A stretch of DNA of 57,196 nucleotides from an uncultured Bacilli bacterium (GCA_944363915.1 CALVVR010000003.1:1-57196); one strand, 5' to 3'. Positions 1 to 10,473 are shown, counted from the stretch's first letter. Numbers and translations: made by a program. Notes: generated by a model not told the origin, from the sequence alone.

Positions 1-95
1 ATTTTCAAAAGAAAAAGGAACTAATCAAGAAATTATTTTAATTTTTTTTTAGGAATTAATCAAAAATTATTGACAGTTTTAATGATATAATATTA

Positions 96-710
96 TTGGT
101 GGTTAGTGTGAAAATAATATTAGGAATAATAATTAGTTTACTATTTATAACAAATGTAAATGCGAGTGAGAAAATAGAAGTTACTTTAAGTAAATGCGTC
201 GACGGTGATACAGCTTGGTTTATTTTAGATGGAGAAGAAATAAAAGCAAGATTTTTAGCTATTGATACTCCTGAATCAACTAATAAAATTAAGCCTTTCG
301 GTAAAGAAGCTAGTAACTATACTTGTAACTTATTAAATAATGCTACCAAAATTGAAATTGAATACGATGAAAATAGCGATAAATTAGACAAATATGATCG
401 ACATTTGGTTTGGGTATTCGTCGATGATGAATTATTACAAAATTTAATAATTCAACAAGGTTTAGGACAAATTGAATATGTTTATGGCGATTATAAATAT
501 TTGACAACTTTAGAAACAAGTGAATTAATAGCTAAAAACAATCAAATTGGAATATGGCAAGATTCTAATTATCATATTTATTATATTATTGGTGGCATAG
601 TTTTAATAATTATTATAGTAATTTGTTTTTTTAATAAAAAAATTAGAAATAAAGTACTAAAAAAGGTTAAAAATAAAGCAAAAAATGAAATAAAAAAAAG
701 ATTTAGTTAG
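96..710 (+). CDS. Thermonuclease (SNase-like) family protein, secreted/membrane-anchored
   Basis: CVDGDT, RFLAIDTPE and DKYDRHLVWV motifs of the SNase fold; N-terminal signal peptide; C-terminal TM helix plus basic tail. Start may be GTG at 108. Confidence 0.9.
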   Translation: MVVSVKIILGIIISLLFITNVNASEKIEVTLSKCVDGDTAWFILDGEEIKARFLAIDTPESTNKIKPFGKEASNYTCNLLNNATKIEIEYDENSDKLDKYDRHLVWVFVDDELLQNLIIQQGLGQIEYVYGDYKYLTTLETSELIAKNNQIGIWQDSNYHIYYIIGGIVLIIIIVICFFNKKIRNKVLKKVKNKAKNEIKKRFS

Positions 711-839
711 AATGTTGATTAAAGATTTAAGATCTGAAAACAATACAAAATGATGCAAATATTTTTCCATCTATCTACCAAAAATGTAAAGGAACATATA
801 ATAATTTAATATTACAAAAAAAATAACTTAATAACTAAC

Positions 840-877
840 ACGAACCCCGATCTTTGGACATAGGAGCGGGGTTCGTA
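840..877. terminator. GC-rich hairpin, probable terminator between convergent genes
   Basis: ACGAACCCCG...CGGGGTTCGT 10-bp inverted repeat, 15 nt past the stop of the 893-1024 ORF. Confidence 0.6.
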
Positions 878-892
878 TCAAATATTCTAAAG

Positions 893-1024
893 TTATTTTA
901 AATTAGCAGAAATATATTCTTCATTAAATTCTTGATTATTTTCAAGTTTGGTACTAGGAGTACTTATTAGAGCAAGCCCTAAAACAATAACAACAAACGC
1001 AATAATAGTTTTACTTTTTAACAT
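893..1024 (-). CDS. 43-aa single-pass membrane peptide (not in ORF track); candidate SOS cell-division inhibitor
   Basis: Read by hand: MLKSKTIIAFVVIVLGLALISTPSTKLENNQEFNEEYISANLK*. Starts 5 nt after the stop of the upstream gene. Confidence 0.65.
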   Translation of the reverse strand: MLKSKTIIAFVVIVLGLALISTPSTKLENNQEFNEEYISANLK

Positions 1025-1029
1025 TTCTT

Positions 1030-1218
1030 TCATAATTCAATCTCCATTCTTCTTAAAAAATATTTTTTTTCTATCTTATCACCAAATAATAACGGTTTTA
1101 CTTTTTTATTTTTATACTTTTGAATAATTTCATCGTTCATTTTTTTTATAATCAGTCGAATCTTTTTTTCAGGATATCCCGTTAAAATTTGAATATCATT
1201 GATCGTATAATATTCCAT
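1030..1218 (-). CDS. Small HTH protein resembling ICEBs1-type excisionases
   Basis: MEYYTINDIQILTG...IIKKMNDEI...KIEKKYFLRR pattern; RBS GAAAGGAA upstream of the ATG at 1218. Confidence 0.6.
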   Translation of the reverse strand: MEYYTINDIQILTGYPEKKIRLIIKKMNDEIIQKYKNKKVKPLLFGDKIEKKYFLRRMEIEL

Positions 1219-1241
1219 AGCACCATTCCTTTCATGATTCA

Positions 1242-1270
1242 ATCATATCACGAACAAAAATTCGTGTCAA
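1242..1270 (-). promoter_or_regulatory. SigA promoter with an overlapping LexA (Cheo) box
   Basis: TTGACA (1270-1265), 17 bp, TGnTATGAT (1247-1242). CGAACAAAAATTCG at 1251-1264 lies in the spacer and is a near match to GAAC-N4-GTTC. Confidence 0.8.
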
Positions 1271-1289
1271 TACTTTTTTGAGCAAAAAT

Positions 1290-1329
1290 CGAAAATTTGT
1301 TTGACAAATGTATATTTGTGTGTTAAAAT
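1290..1329 (+). promoter_or_regulatory. lexA SigA promoter with an autoregulatory LexA box
   Basis: TTGACA 1301-1306, 17 bp, TGnTAAAAT 1324-1329; CGAAAATTTGTTTG (1290-1303) overlaps the -35. Confidence 0.75.
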
Positions 1330-1358
1330 GTAAATATGATGTTAAAGGAGATTTTGAA

Positions 1359-1976
1359 ATGGAAAAATTAACTAATCAACAAGAAAAATTACTAGATAAA
1401 ATTAAACAATACATTGTCAAACATGGTTATGCGCCAACTGTTAGAGAATTATGTCGTGAGATGGACTTATCAAGTACAGCAACTGTACAAGTACATTTAA
1501 ATAATCTTGAAAAAAAAGGTTATATTAGAAAAGAAGAAAGCAAAAATAGAACGATTGAAATTCTAGTTGATAATGAATATGAAATTAAAAATGAATTAAT
1601 TACAGAAGTTCCTTTATTAGGGAAAATAACAGCTGGTAATCCAATTGAAGCTATCGAAAGGCCAGATGAATTTTTTAGTCTGCCTTCTTATTTAATTCCT
1701 AAAAATAAAGAAGTATTTACTCTATTAGTCGATGGTGAAAGTATGATTAATGCTGGAATTTTAGATGGCGATATTGTTATTGTTGAAAGAAAAAATACAG
1801 CAAATAATGGTGAGATAGTTGTAGCAATGACTGAGGATAATGAAGTTACTTTAAAAACATTTTATAAAGAAGATGGATATATTAGATTACAACCAGAAAA
1901 TGATACGATGGAACCTTTTATTATGAAAAATGTGACAATATTAGGTAAAGCTATTGGGTTATATCGTAAAATATAA
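1359..1976 (+). CDS. lexA: SOS repressor LexA
   Basis: PTVRELC wHTH, AG cleavage site (ITAGNP), GESM Ser and VTLK Lys; AAAGGAG RBS before the ATG at 1359. Confidence 0.97.
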   Translation: MEKLTNQQEKLLDKIKQYIVKHGYAPTVRELCREMDLSSTATVQVHLNNLEKKGYIRKEESKNRTIEILVDNEYEIKNELITEVPLLGKITAGNPIEAIERPDEFFSLPSYLIPKNKEVFTLLVDGESMINAGILDGDIVIVERKNTANNGEIVVAMTEDNEVTLKTFYKEDGYIRLQPENDTMEPFIMKNVTILGKAIGLYRKI

Positions 1977-1993
1977 AAACTTCTCAAAATTTG

Positions 1994-2143
1994 GATAAAG
2001 TCAAAAATTTTGTGTAAAGTTACAAATCTTATGGTACTAAAGATATTTGAGATTGATTATAATTCAATCTCTTTTTGTTATTTAATTAAATCATTTCAAA
2101 GATAAACTTAACTATCATGATATAAAAGATTTAGTTCATTATA
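1994..2143 (+). repeat. Dispersed ~150 bp repeat, copy A; begins with an IS256-like terminal sequence
   Basis: Starts GATAAAGTC...TGTGTAAAG and shares GATATTTGAGATTGATTATA, TCTTTTTGTTATT and TGATATAAAA with the reverse complement of 18801-18953. Confidence 0.7.
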
Positions 2144-2323
2144 AATTATATTTCAATTAAGATATCTAGTAGTTTAAGGAATGAGTCATGTTAAAAAAGT
2201 CACTTATGAGATTTATAAAGATATAATAAAAAAAGATCAAATCTTTCGATTTGACCATCCTTATTCATTACTCATTTATCACTAGTTTTTAATTCCAACA
2301 ACACTATTTGACAAAGAGTCGTT

Positions 2324-4546
2324 TTATTCATCTTTATTTTCTAATTTAACTAACACTTCACGAGGTTTTGAACCATTAGATGGTCCTATTATTCCTCTTT
2401 CTTCTAGTAAATCGATAGCACGAGCTGCACGGTTATAACCTAGTCTAAACCTTCTTTGAAGAAGTGATGCACTTGCTTTACCTTGGGTTACAACAAACTC
2501 AACTATTTCATTATATAAAGGTTCTTCAGTAGCATCTTTTTCTGTCATTGTGGTTGAACCTTTTAAATCTTCGGTTTCAATAGTTAAACTTTCATCATAA
2601 CGAGCTTTTTGTTGTGAGATAGTATAATCGACAACTGCTTTAATTTCTTCATCTGAGACAAATGTTCCTTGAACTCTTATTGGCGTATTTTCTCCTTGAG
2701 GTAAAAATAACATATCACCTTTTCCCAATAATTTTTCCGCACCAGTCATATCTAAAATAGTTCTTGAATCAATACTTGAAGATACCGCAAAGGAAATACG
2801 TGATGGAATATTAGCTTTAACAACGCCTGTAATAACATCAGTTGAAGGTCTTTGAGTTGCAACAATCAAATGAATACCTGCAGCTCTAGCCATTTGCGTA
2901 ATTCGCATAATTGACTCTTCAACTTCTTTAGCTGCTACTAACATAAGATCAGCTAATTCATCAATTATTACAACAATATAAGGAAGTTTTTTTATTTGTC
3001 CAAATTCATCTTTAGTTTTATTTTTTTTATCAATATAAGCATTATATCCTGCAATGTTTTTAGTACCACTTTGTTCAAACAAATCATAACGGTGTTCCAT
3101 CTCAGCAACAATCTTCTTTAAAACAATATTAGCTTTTTTAGGATCGGTTACGACTGGTGTTTTTAAATGAGGTACTCCATTATACATCGACAATTCAACT
3201 TTTTTAGGGTCGACTAATACTAATTGAACTTCTTCGGGTTTAGTACGCATCAAAATTGATATTAACATACTGTTGATGCAAACTGATTTACCACTTCCGG
3301 TAGATCCTGCTACTAATAAATGAGGGGTTTTATTTATTTCACAGAAAATTGGTTTACCCATTATATCTTTTCCCAAGGTTACTAATAATTTAGAATCTTC
3401 CATTCCTTTAGGAATCGCCTCTAAAATTTCTCTTACACTTACCATTGTAATTGATTTATTAGGTATTTCTACTCCAACTGTTTTTTTGCCCGGAATTGGT
3501 GCTTGAATATGAACACTTTTAGCTGCTAATGATAAAGCTAATTCTTTATCTAAACTAACAATCCTACTTAATTTAGTTCCTGCTTTTATTTCTAATTCAT
3601 ACTGCGTTACAGCAGGACCGATATTAATAGCAACAACTTTAGCTTCAACACCAAAATCGTGAAACACTTCTTGTAATATATTGACAGTATCTTTAATAGC
3701 CTCTTGATTATCTTTATTATTGTTTTTAGGTGGCTTATTTAATAAAGTAATAGGAGGATAGTGATAATTTAAATTAGTTTCTTTTATTTCGTCTAATTCA
3801 ATTGTTTCTATTTCATCACTAGTTTCTTTTTTATTTTCATCAGTCATTAATTCATCCATACTTGATATAACAATTTTATCATCTTTTTCATATTCATCTT
3901 CAACTTGTTTGATATGTTCTTTATCTTTTACTTTATGCGTTAAATTAACTGTTCCTTGAACGGTTTTTTTAACACCTTCTTTTAATGATTTAATAATATC
4001 ATAAATTGTAATGCCACTAAACATGATAAATCCACAAATGATTAAAACAATACTCACAACACTAGCACCTTGTAATGATACTAATTTTACTAGTGAAACA
4101 CTTAAAATAGCACCTATCATTCCCCCACCTTGAATATCAGTAGTACCATCTATAAAATTATTTAAATTATTAAAAGTCTCTTCAATTATTACACCATATT
4201 CAACATTTATACCATCAGCGGTTAAATTTTTAATATATCCCAAGTGAAAAAAACATAAAACACCTAAAATTATAATATATAAGCCGATTAACTTAGTTGT
4301 CAACAAATCTGGTTTTTGTCTTTTTACAATCATGTATCCACCAATAATACCAACTATTACAAGAAGAACGGCCCATAAAACTCCTACTAAAAAGCCAGCA
4401 AAGCCATCAATTATATTGGCTAATAATCCAAAACGGCAACAGCCAATAATTGCGATTAATATAAGTAAAATGCCACAAATTTCAATACGAGCATTATTAT
4501 CTTTTTTTACCTCTTTTCTTACTTTTTTTTTGGTCATCTTTATCAC
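2324..4546 (-). CDS. ftsK: DNA translocase FtsK/SpoIIIE
   Basis: N-terminal TM helices, GSTGSGKS Walker A, IIDELADLM, ATQRPS, gamma domain SLLQRRFRLGYNRA. Confidence 0.96.
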   Translation of the reverse strand: MIKMTKKKVRKEVKKDNNARIEICGILLILIAIIGCCRFGLLANIIDGFAGFLVGVLWAVLLVIVGIIGGYMIVKRQKPDLLTTKLIGLYIIILGVLCFFHLGYIKNLTADGINVEYGVIIEETFNNLNNFIDGTTDIQGGGMIGAILSVSLVKLVSLQGASVVSIVLIICGFIMFSGITIYDIIKSLKEGVKKTVQGTVNLTHKVKDKEHIKQVEDEYEKDDKIVISSMDELMTDENKKETSDEIETIELDEIKETNLNYHYPPITLLNKPPKNNNKDNQEAIKDTVNILQEVFHDFGVEAKVVAINIGPAVTQYELEIKAGTKLSRIVSLDKELALSLAAKSVHIQAPIPGKKTVGVEIPNKSITMVSVREILEAIPKGMEDSKLLVTLGKDIMGKPIFCEINKTPHLLVAGSTGSGKSVCINSMLISILMRTKPEEVQLVLVDPKKVELSMYNGVPHLKTPVVTDPKKANIVLKKIVAEMEHRYDLFEQSGTKNIAGYNAYIDKKNKTKDEFGQIKKLPYIVVIIDELADLMLVAAKEVEESIMRITQMARAAGIHLIVATQRPSTDVITGVVKANIPSRISFAVSSSIDSRTILDMTGAEKLLGKGDMLFLPQGENTPIRVQGTFVSDEEIKAVVDYTISQQKARYDESLTIETEDLKGSTTMTEKDATEEPLYNEIVEFVVTQGKASASLLQRRFRLGYNRAARAIDLLEERGIIGPSNGSKPREVLVKLENKDE

Positions 4547-4787
4547 CTTCTACTATAAAATTATATCATATTATAGAGTAAATTGATATAATAAAAAGAG
4601 TATTTTCATACCCTTTTAAATTTAATTGATATCAAAGAAAGCAATTAAATCTTTAAAATTAATAATTTTATCAATATAATCTGTTTAGTTATACAAAAAT
4701 TGCTCATAAATTCTCTAATATATTTAAATTTTATCAACTATTCTTTGTTAAAAAGATAGTGTATCCAAAATGAATAATTTTCGGTAA

Positions 4788-6590
4788 TTAGGAACCAATT
4801 TTTTGCTTATTAAAAAATTTTTTAGTTTTAGACTGAGGATAATCGTTTTCTTCAAATGTCAAAGAATATTGGCTAATTAACTTTTTATAAACTTCAGTTT
4901 TATTTTTTAACTCTAAAGCAACATTAGCTTCATCAAAATAAGTAATATTATCTTTAATAATCACAAATTTAAATTTAGTTTGAGTCAAATCTAAAAATAA
5001 TACATTATCAAAAGCAGTATATAAAGCGATTCCTTGAACATTTCCAATTAAATGTTGGTTAACCTTAGCATACTTACCAATATATGTTGCCTGTTGTAAG
5101 AACTGTTGTATTGAAATATAATTTTCTTTGAACTCTTTTACTGATAGTGTATCGGAAAAAATATAGTTTAATTTTTCGATAATATAATCATAATTAACTT
5201 GCTTATCAATACTTCTAACTTTTATAACACTACCATTAATATTAGATTTTTTTCTTTTAATATAAATATCACAAGCATCAGAAACCATATCAAAAGTAAT
5301 ATTATCTATTAATTTTTTAGCATTTTCTAAATCAGAAAAATCAATATTTAAAAGTTGTGGGAGTAAATCTAATGATGTATTATTTAAAAAGTTAGTTAAA
5401 AGTTTTAATGCTTGTTGGTATAATTCAGTTATAATATTAATTTCTTTACTATTTTTCAAAATATCAAGTTGATTAATACTAATAACATAGTTTTGCATTA
5501 ATCTATTTTTAATTCTATTTAAATCTATTTTTTCTAACTTTAATTGGCGATACATTGTTTTAACTTCGATCGAAACTTTTTCATATAAAGTTTCAAAGTT
5601 TTCACTTAAAATATTAGTATATAAATAATTTATCTTAGAATTTAAAAAATCGACAAACCTATTATCATCTAAGGTATAGTTATATAATTCAATAATTTTT
5701 TTATTTCTGATATTAGCAGTCTTTAATAAACTTAGTAATTCTTCTTCAAATTGACGATATAAATTAAGTATAATATCATTAAAATATTGCTTTGATGTAT
5801 CATAATCATCAGCTAAATAAATGTCAAAAATTTTATTTTCTAGTTTTGCTTTAGAATTATCTACTTTATCATTTATTAAGCAATAAAAATCATCATTATA
5901 ATATTTTGCAATACAGCTATCTAATCTTTGTCTTATTTGCTTACGTATTCTGTTTTCATATTCATTAACTTTATTATAACAATCTTGTTTTAGTTTTTTT
6001 ATTAATTCAATTATATCTATCACACTTTTAGCATATTTAACTTGCTCACTATAGTTGTGGTAAAATTCACTTAAAGCTTCTTTTGTAAAACGATCTCGTT
6101 GCCAGTTATTAATAAGCCAATTAAATAAATCTAAGTTATTTTGGTCAATGCTTGCTTTAAGGTTACGCATAACATTAAAAATTTCTAAATCGGTTTTACA
6201 ATTCTTAATATCAGCAATTGCTTCTTTAATAAATCTTATTTCATCTTCCTTATGAACAAATGCTTCACGAACAAAAAAATTTTTAAGGCGTTCTAATTGA
6301 ACATTTAATTTATCAATTGTATTTCTTTTAGTCTTTTCCAAAGATGTCTCATAACTTGAGTTATTTTTTTCTTCTGAATTAGAATAGTATTTCAATTTTT
6401 TAATAAGCATCTCATAAGCTTCATTAATTTCTTTAGTTTTACTTTCTGCTGATAATTGTTCTGCTTTTGTTTTTGTAGTATATAAATCAGGATGATATTC
6501 CTTCATTAAACGACGATAACTTCTTTTTAATTGTTCTTCAGTATAATTAGCTTTTAGTCCTAACATTTCTAATGCTGCACTACAATTCAT
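4788..6590 (-). CDS. J-domain (DnaJ N-terminal) protein with a long helical region of unknown function
   Basis: LKRSYRRLMKEYHPD...EINEAYEML; no G/F region or zinc finger. Confidence 0.8.
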   Translation of the reverse strand: MNCSAALEMLGLKANYTEEQLKRSYRRLMKEYHPDLYTTKTKAEQLSAESKTKEINEAYEMLIKKLKYYSNSEEKNNSSYETSLEKTKRNTIDKLNVQLERLKNFFVREAFVHKEDEIRFIKEAIADIKNCKTDLEIFNVMRNLKASIDQNNLDLFNWLINNWQRDRFTKEALSEFYHNYSEQVKYAKSVIDIIELIKKLKQDCYNKVNEYENRIRKQIRQRLDSCIAKYYNDDFYCLINDKVDNSKAKLENKIFDIYLADDYDTSKQYFNDIILNLYRQFEEELLSLLKTANIRNKKIIELYNYTLDDNRFVDFLNSKINYLYTNILSENFETLYEKVSIEVKTMYRQLKLEKIDLNRIKNRLMQNYVISINQLDILKNSKEINIITELYQQALKLLTNFLNNTSLDLLPQLLNIDFSDLENAKKLIDNITFDMVSDACDIYIKRKKSNINGSVIKVRSIDKQVNYDYIIEKLNYIFSDTLSVKEFKENYISIQQFLQQATYIGKYAKVNQHLIGNVQGIALYTAFDNVLFLDLTQTKFKFVIIKDNITYFDEANVALELKNKTEVYKKLISQYSLTFEENDYPQSKTKKFFNKQKIGS

Positions 6591-6664
6591 GATATGCCCC
6601 CTTTTTTTGACAAACGTGTAACGTATTCTATCATTTTATTTTATTTTTGTCAAATTAAAAGGAA

Positions 6665-7894
6665 TTAATTTTCTAATTCCTCTTCAATTCTTAACAATTG
6701 GTTATATTTACAAATACGATCTGTTCTTGATAATGAACCAGTTTTTATTTGACCTAAATCAAGACCAACGGCTAAGTCAGCAATTGTTGTATCTTCCGTC
6801 TCGCCACTACGATGAGATATAATCATTTTATAATTATTTTTCTTAGCTAATTCAATTGTCTCTAAAGTTTCGGTAATTGTTCCTATTTGATTGACTTTTA
6901 AAAGAATAGCATTTCCTGCATGATGATCAATAGCATATTGTAAATATTTTTTGTTGGTTACAAATAAATCATCGCCAACTAATTGAATTTTATCCCCTAA
7001 TTCTTTAGTTATCTTAATAAATCCATCCCAATCATTTTCATCAACTGGATCTTCAATTGAAATAATTGGATAATTATCACATAATTCTTTATAAAAATCA
7101 ATTAATTGATCAATATTTAACTTTCTATTTTCACCTTTTAAATTATAAATTCCATCCTCATAAAATTCACTAGCGGCTACATCTAGACCGATATTAACAT
7201 CAACACCTGGTGTATAATTAGCTTTTTTAATAGCTTCGATAATTACATCTAAAGCTTCACGATTACTGCTTAAATTAGGTGCAAATCCTCCCTCATCACC
7301 AACGTTAGTATTATATCCTTTTTCTTTTAATACTTTTTTCAAAGTGTGAAATACTTCTGAACCAATTCTCAATCTTTCTTTAAAAGTATATGCGTTAGGA
7401 ATAATCATAAATTCTTGAAAGTCTAGATTATTATCGGCATGAGCTCCACCGTTTAAAATGTTCATCATTGGCCTTGGTAAAGTAGTTCCTTCACCAACAT
7501 ATCTATATAATGGTTTACCACTAGCAACACTAGAAGCTTTTAAAACAGCCATAGAAACTCCTAACATTGCATTAGCTCCTAAATTTGACTTGTTTTCAGT
7601 ACCATCTAAATCTAACAATGTTTTATCAATTAATTCCTGGTTGCTAGCATCCATACTAATTAATTTATCACGAATAATTGTATTAACATTATTAACAGCT
7701 TTTAAAACACCTTTACCCATATAACGATTAGCATCATTATCTCTTAATTCTAATGCTTCACGGCTACCGGTTGAAGCGCCACTTGGCACAATAGCTCTTC
7801 CTAATATTCCATTTTCTAAAATAACATCAACTTCAACGGTTGGATTTCCTCTTGAATCCAATACTTCTCTTGCTTTAATATCTTTTATTTTCAT
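6665..7894 (-). CDS. eno: Enolase
   Basis: [39 protein letters not shown]. Confidence 0.98.
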   Translation of the reverse strand: MKIKDIKAREVLDSRGNPTVEVDVILENGILGRAIVPSGASTGSREALELRDNDANRYMGKGVLKAVNNVNTIIRDKLISMDASNQELIDKTLLDLDGTENKSNLGANAMLGVSMAVLKASSVASGKPLYRYVGEGTTLPRPMMNILNGGAHADNNLDFQEFMIIPNAYTFKERLRIGSEVFHTLKKVLKEKGYNTNVGDEGGFAPNLSSNREALDVIIEAIKKANYTPGVDVNIGLDVAASEFYEDGIYNLKGENRKLNIDQLIDFYKELCDNYPIISIEDPVDENDWDGFIKITKELGDKIQLVGDDLFVTNKKYLQYAIDHHAGNAILLKVNQIGTITETLETIELAKKNNYKMIISHRSGETEDTTIADLAVGLDLGQIKTGSLSRTDRICKYNQLLRIEEELEN

Positions 7895-7910
7895 TATAAA
7901 TCATCCTCTC

Positions 7911-8363
7911 TTAATTTTCATATAATCCTTTAATATTAGTTTCATCAATAATATGATTTTTTATCTTATTTTTTAATTCTTGATAACTAAAACCATTATT
8001 TATGTCCAAAAAACAATCTAAAGCATAAACAGTTATATCATAGTAATGTGGTCTATCCGGTGGTGCCATTCCACCATAATTGTTTTGTCCAAAATCATTT
8101 TTACCTTCGACAAATTGATGGGGTTCTAAACTAGCATTTTCTTCTAAATAAGGTTTATCTAAATTAGCTACTAACCAATGAATAAAATCATGTCCACAAA
8201 CTTCTATCGCATCAAAATCTTCAATGATTACTGCAAATGAAATAGTATTTTTTGGATAGTCAATAAATTCTAATGGAAGCGATAAATTCATATTTCCTCT
8301 TTTTCCATATTTATCATCAATAATACCATTATTAATTCCCTTACTTATTATTCGCATAAACAC
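7911..8363 (-). CDS. YbhB/YbcL (PEBP/Raf kinase inhibitor-like) protein
   Basis: EDFDA...FIHWLVAN...YGGMAPPDRPHYY...VYALD. Confidence 0.88.
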   Translation of the reverse strand: MFMRIISKGINNGIIDDKYGKRGNMNLSLPLEFIDYPKNTISFAVIIEDFDAIEVCGHDFIHWLVANLDKPYLEENASLEPHQFVEGKNDFGQNNYGGMAPPDRPHYYDITVYALDCFLDINNGFSYQELKNKIKNHIIDETNIKGLYEN

Positions 8364-8384
8364 CTCTTTAGTATATTTTTAATA

Positions 8385-9725
8385 TTAGTTTAATTGTTCA
8401 ACAACTCTTTTAAAGTCATCGCCACGATCTTCAAATTTTTCATATTGATCCCAAGAAGCACAAGCTGGACTTAATAAAATAACATCATTTTCTTCCGATA
8501 AATTATAAGCTAATTTAGTTGCTTCTTCTAAGGTTTCAGTTTTATAGCATTCAATTTTATTTTTATTACAAAAATCTAAAATTCTATCTTTAGTCTCTCC
8601 ATAGCAAACAACTAATTTAACATTTTTCATGTGGGGCAACAATTCATCAAATGAATGTCCTCTATCTAAACCACCTAATAATAAAATCGTCGGTTTATCA
8701 AATGAATCTAATGCAATAATCGTCGATGTAACGTTAGTTGCCTTAGAATCGTTATAAAATTCACGATTATTAAGTCGTTTAACAAATTCTAAACGATGTT
8801 CGACCCCAGAAAATTTGTTTAAAACTTCTTTAATTATTTCATTAGGTACTTTAAATCTTTTTGCTACAACAATTGCGCACATAATGTTTTCGTAATTATG
8901 ATTTCCTTTTACTCTAATTTCATCTAACTTAATTATTTCTTCACCATTATAATGAATAGCACAATTTTCTATATAAATGTCACATTTTTTGTTAGCTGAA
9001 AAATAAACTTTAGTTGACTTAATATCACAGGTCAAATCTAAGACGTCTCGATCATTTCCATTTAAAATGGCTAAATCATTAATCGTATGATGATTAAATA
9101 TTTTTTTCTTACATCTTTTATAATTTTCATATGTTTTAAAATGATCTAAATGTACTGGCGTTAAATTAGTTAAAATACCGACATCAGTTTTAAAGTCATA
9201 AAAATCATGTAATTGTTGTGCTGATAGTTCAATTACGATTATATCGTTTTCTTTTAAATCAGCTAATAATGAACACATTGGAAAACCGATATTACCTCCT
9301 AAATGAACTGGTAAATTAGCACTATTTAAAATTTCATAAGTTAATGTTGTTGTTGTTGTTTTCCCATTACTACCAGTAATAGCTACTATTTTTGTATTAG
9401 TTGGTAAATAATGATAAGCAACTTCTAACTCATTGATAACGGGAATATTTAAAGTCTCGGCTTTTAAGCAAACAGGATGGTCTAATTTTATCCCAGGATT
9501 TTTAACAACATAGTCAAATGTATTATCTAATAATTCTTCTGGTTTATCAGTCACAATTAAATTAATTCCTAATTGTTTTAATTCTTTTACTTTATCTTCA
9601 TCTTGTTCTTTCATATCAGTAATTAAAATCGTACAGTTATGTTTAGCTAATACCTTAGCTACTTCATAACCAGAACGAGCCATACCTAATATGAACATTT
9701 TTTTATTGTCATACATTTTTATCAC
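8385..9725 (-). CDS. murD: UDP-MurNAc-L-Ala:D-Glu ligase
   Basis: ILGMARSG, TGSNGKTTT, NDSKATN, LLSPACASWDQY. Confidence 0.97.
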   Translation of the reverse strand: MIKMYDNKKMFILGMARSGYEVAKVLAKHNCTILITDMKEQDEDKVKELKQLGINLIVTDKPEELLDNTFDYVVKNPGIKLDHPVCLKAETLNIPVINELEVAYHYLPTNTKIVAITGSNGKTTTTTLTYEILNSANLPVHLGGNIGFPMCSLLADLKENDIIVIELSAQQLHDFYDFKTDVGILTNLTPVHLDHFKTYENYKRCKKKIFNHHTINDLAILNGNDRDVLDLTCDIKSTKVYFSANKKCDIYIENCAIHYNGEEIIKLDEIRVKGNHNYENIMCAIVVAKRFKVPNEIIKEVLNKFSGVEHRLEFVKRLNNREFYNDSKATNVTSTIIALDSFDKPTILLLGGLDRGHSFDELLPHMKNVKLVVCYGETKDRILDFCNKNKIECYKTETLEEATKLAYNLSEENDVILLSPACASWDQYEKFEDRGDDFKRVVEQLN

Positions 9726-9789
9726 CTATAAATATTATATCACTTGAATACTTAAAAATATTAAAAAAATTGTACTTTTCATACAATTT

Positions 9790-10233
9790 TTATAAATTAT
9801 TTAATTTTTCTTTGACTAATTTATTAACTAAAGACATATCAGCTTTACCTTTTAACAAACCAGATAATTTACCCATTACTTTGCCAGTATCAGCTTGACT
9901 AGTTGGATTTACTTCTTTAAACACTTCATCGATAGCTTTATTAATTTCCTCTTCACTCATCATAGCTGGCATATATCTTTCTAAAATACTGATTTCTCTT
10001 TCGGTTTGTTTAATTAAATCAATACGATTACTTTTTTCTAAATCAGCAATTGTTTCTTTGCGAGTTTTTATTTGCTTAGCAATTACAGTGACCATTTCTT
10101 CATCATTTAGTTCTCTTTTTTTATTAATCTCCTCTAATTGAATAGCTCCTTTAACCATTCTCACAACATTTAAAATTTCTTTATTTTGATTTTTCATTGC
10201 ATTTTTTAAATCTATCATTATTCTTTCTCTCAT
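9790..10233 (-). CDS. yqeY: GatB/YqeY domain protein
   Basis: DLKNAMK...GKVMGKL...GKAD; directly downstream of rpsU as in Firmicutes. Confidence 0.9.
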   Translation of the reverse strand: MRERIMIDLKNAMKNQNKEILNVVRMVKGAIQLEEINKKRELNDEEMVTVIAKQIKTRKETIADLEKSNRIDLIKQTEREISILERYMPAMMSEEEINKAIDEVFKEVNPTSQADTGKVMGKLSGLLKGKADMSLVNKLVKEKLNNL

Positions 10234-10281
10234 AATTCTTATCCTTTCTAAAATAAAAATTAATAAAAAAGCCTACTTGGC

Positions 10282-10473
10282 TTAGTTATAATTTCTTTCA
10301 CGACGACGACTATTCTTAATTGCTTCTTTTTTAGCTTCTCTTCTTCTTTCTCCTGGTTTGCTATAATGTTCTCTTTTTCTTACTTCTTTTAGGAGGCCAT
10401 CTTTAACATTTTTTTGTTTAAACATTTTTAATGCACCATCAACATTACCGTTTTTTACAACAACTTTAGACAT
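10282..10473 (-). CDS. rpsU: 30S ribosomal protein S21
   Basis: LKEVRKREHYSKPGERRR; RBS GGAAGGAGG before the ATG at 10473. Confidence 0.95.
   Translation of the reverse strand: MSKVVVKNGNVDGALKMFKQKNVKDGLLKEVRKREHYSKPGERRREAKKEAIKNSRRRERNYN

Noticed and set aside
840-877. GAAC...GTTC as a LexA box
   Set aside because: The half-sites are far more than 4 nt apart; better explained as an RNA hairpin.
1308-1358. Upstream extensions of ORF-track starts (lexA 1308, rpsU 10494, NUDIX 19640, rpsT 44311, pyk 56895)
   Set aside because: They overlap promoters or RBSs; downstream ATGs with good RBSs match the family N-termini.
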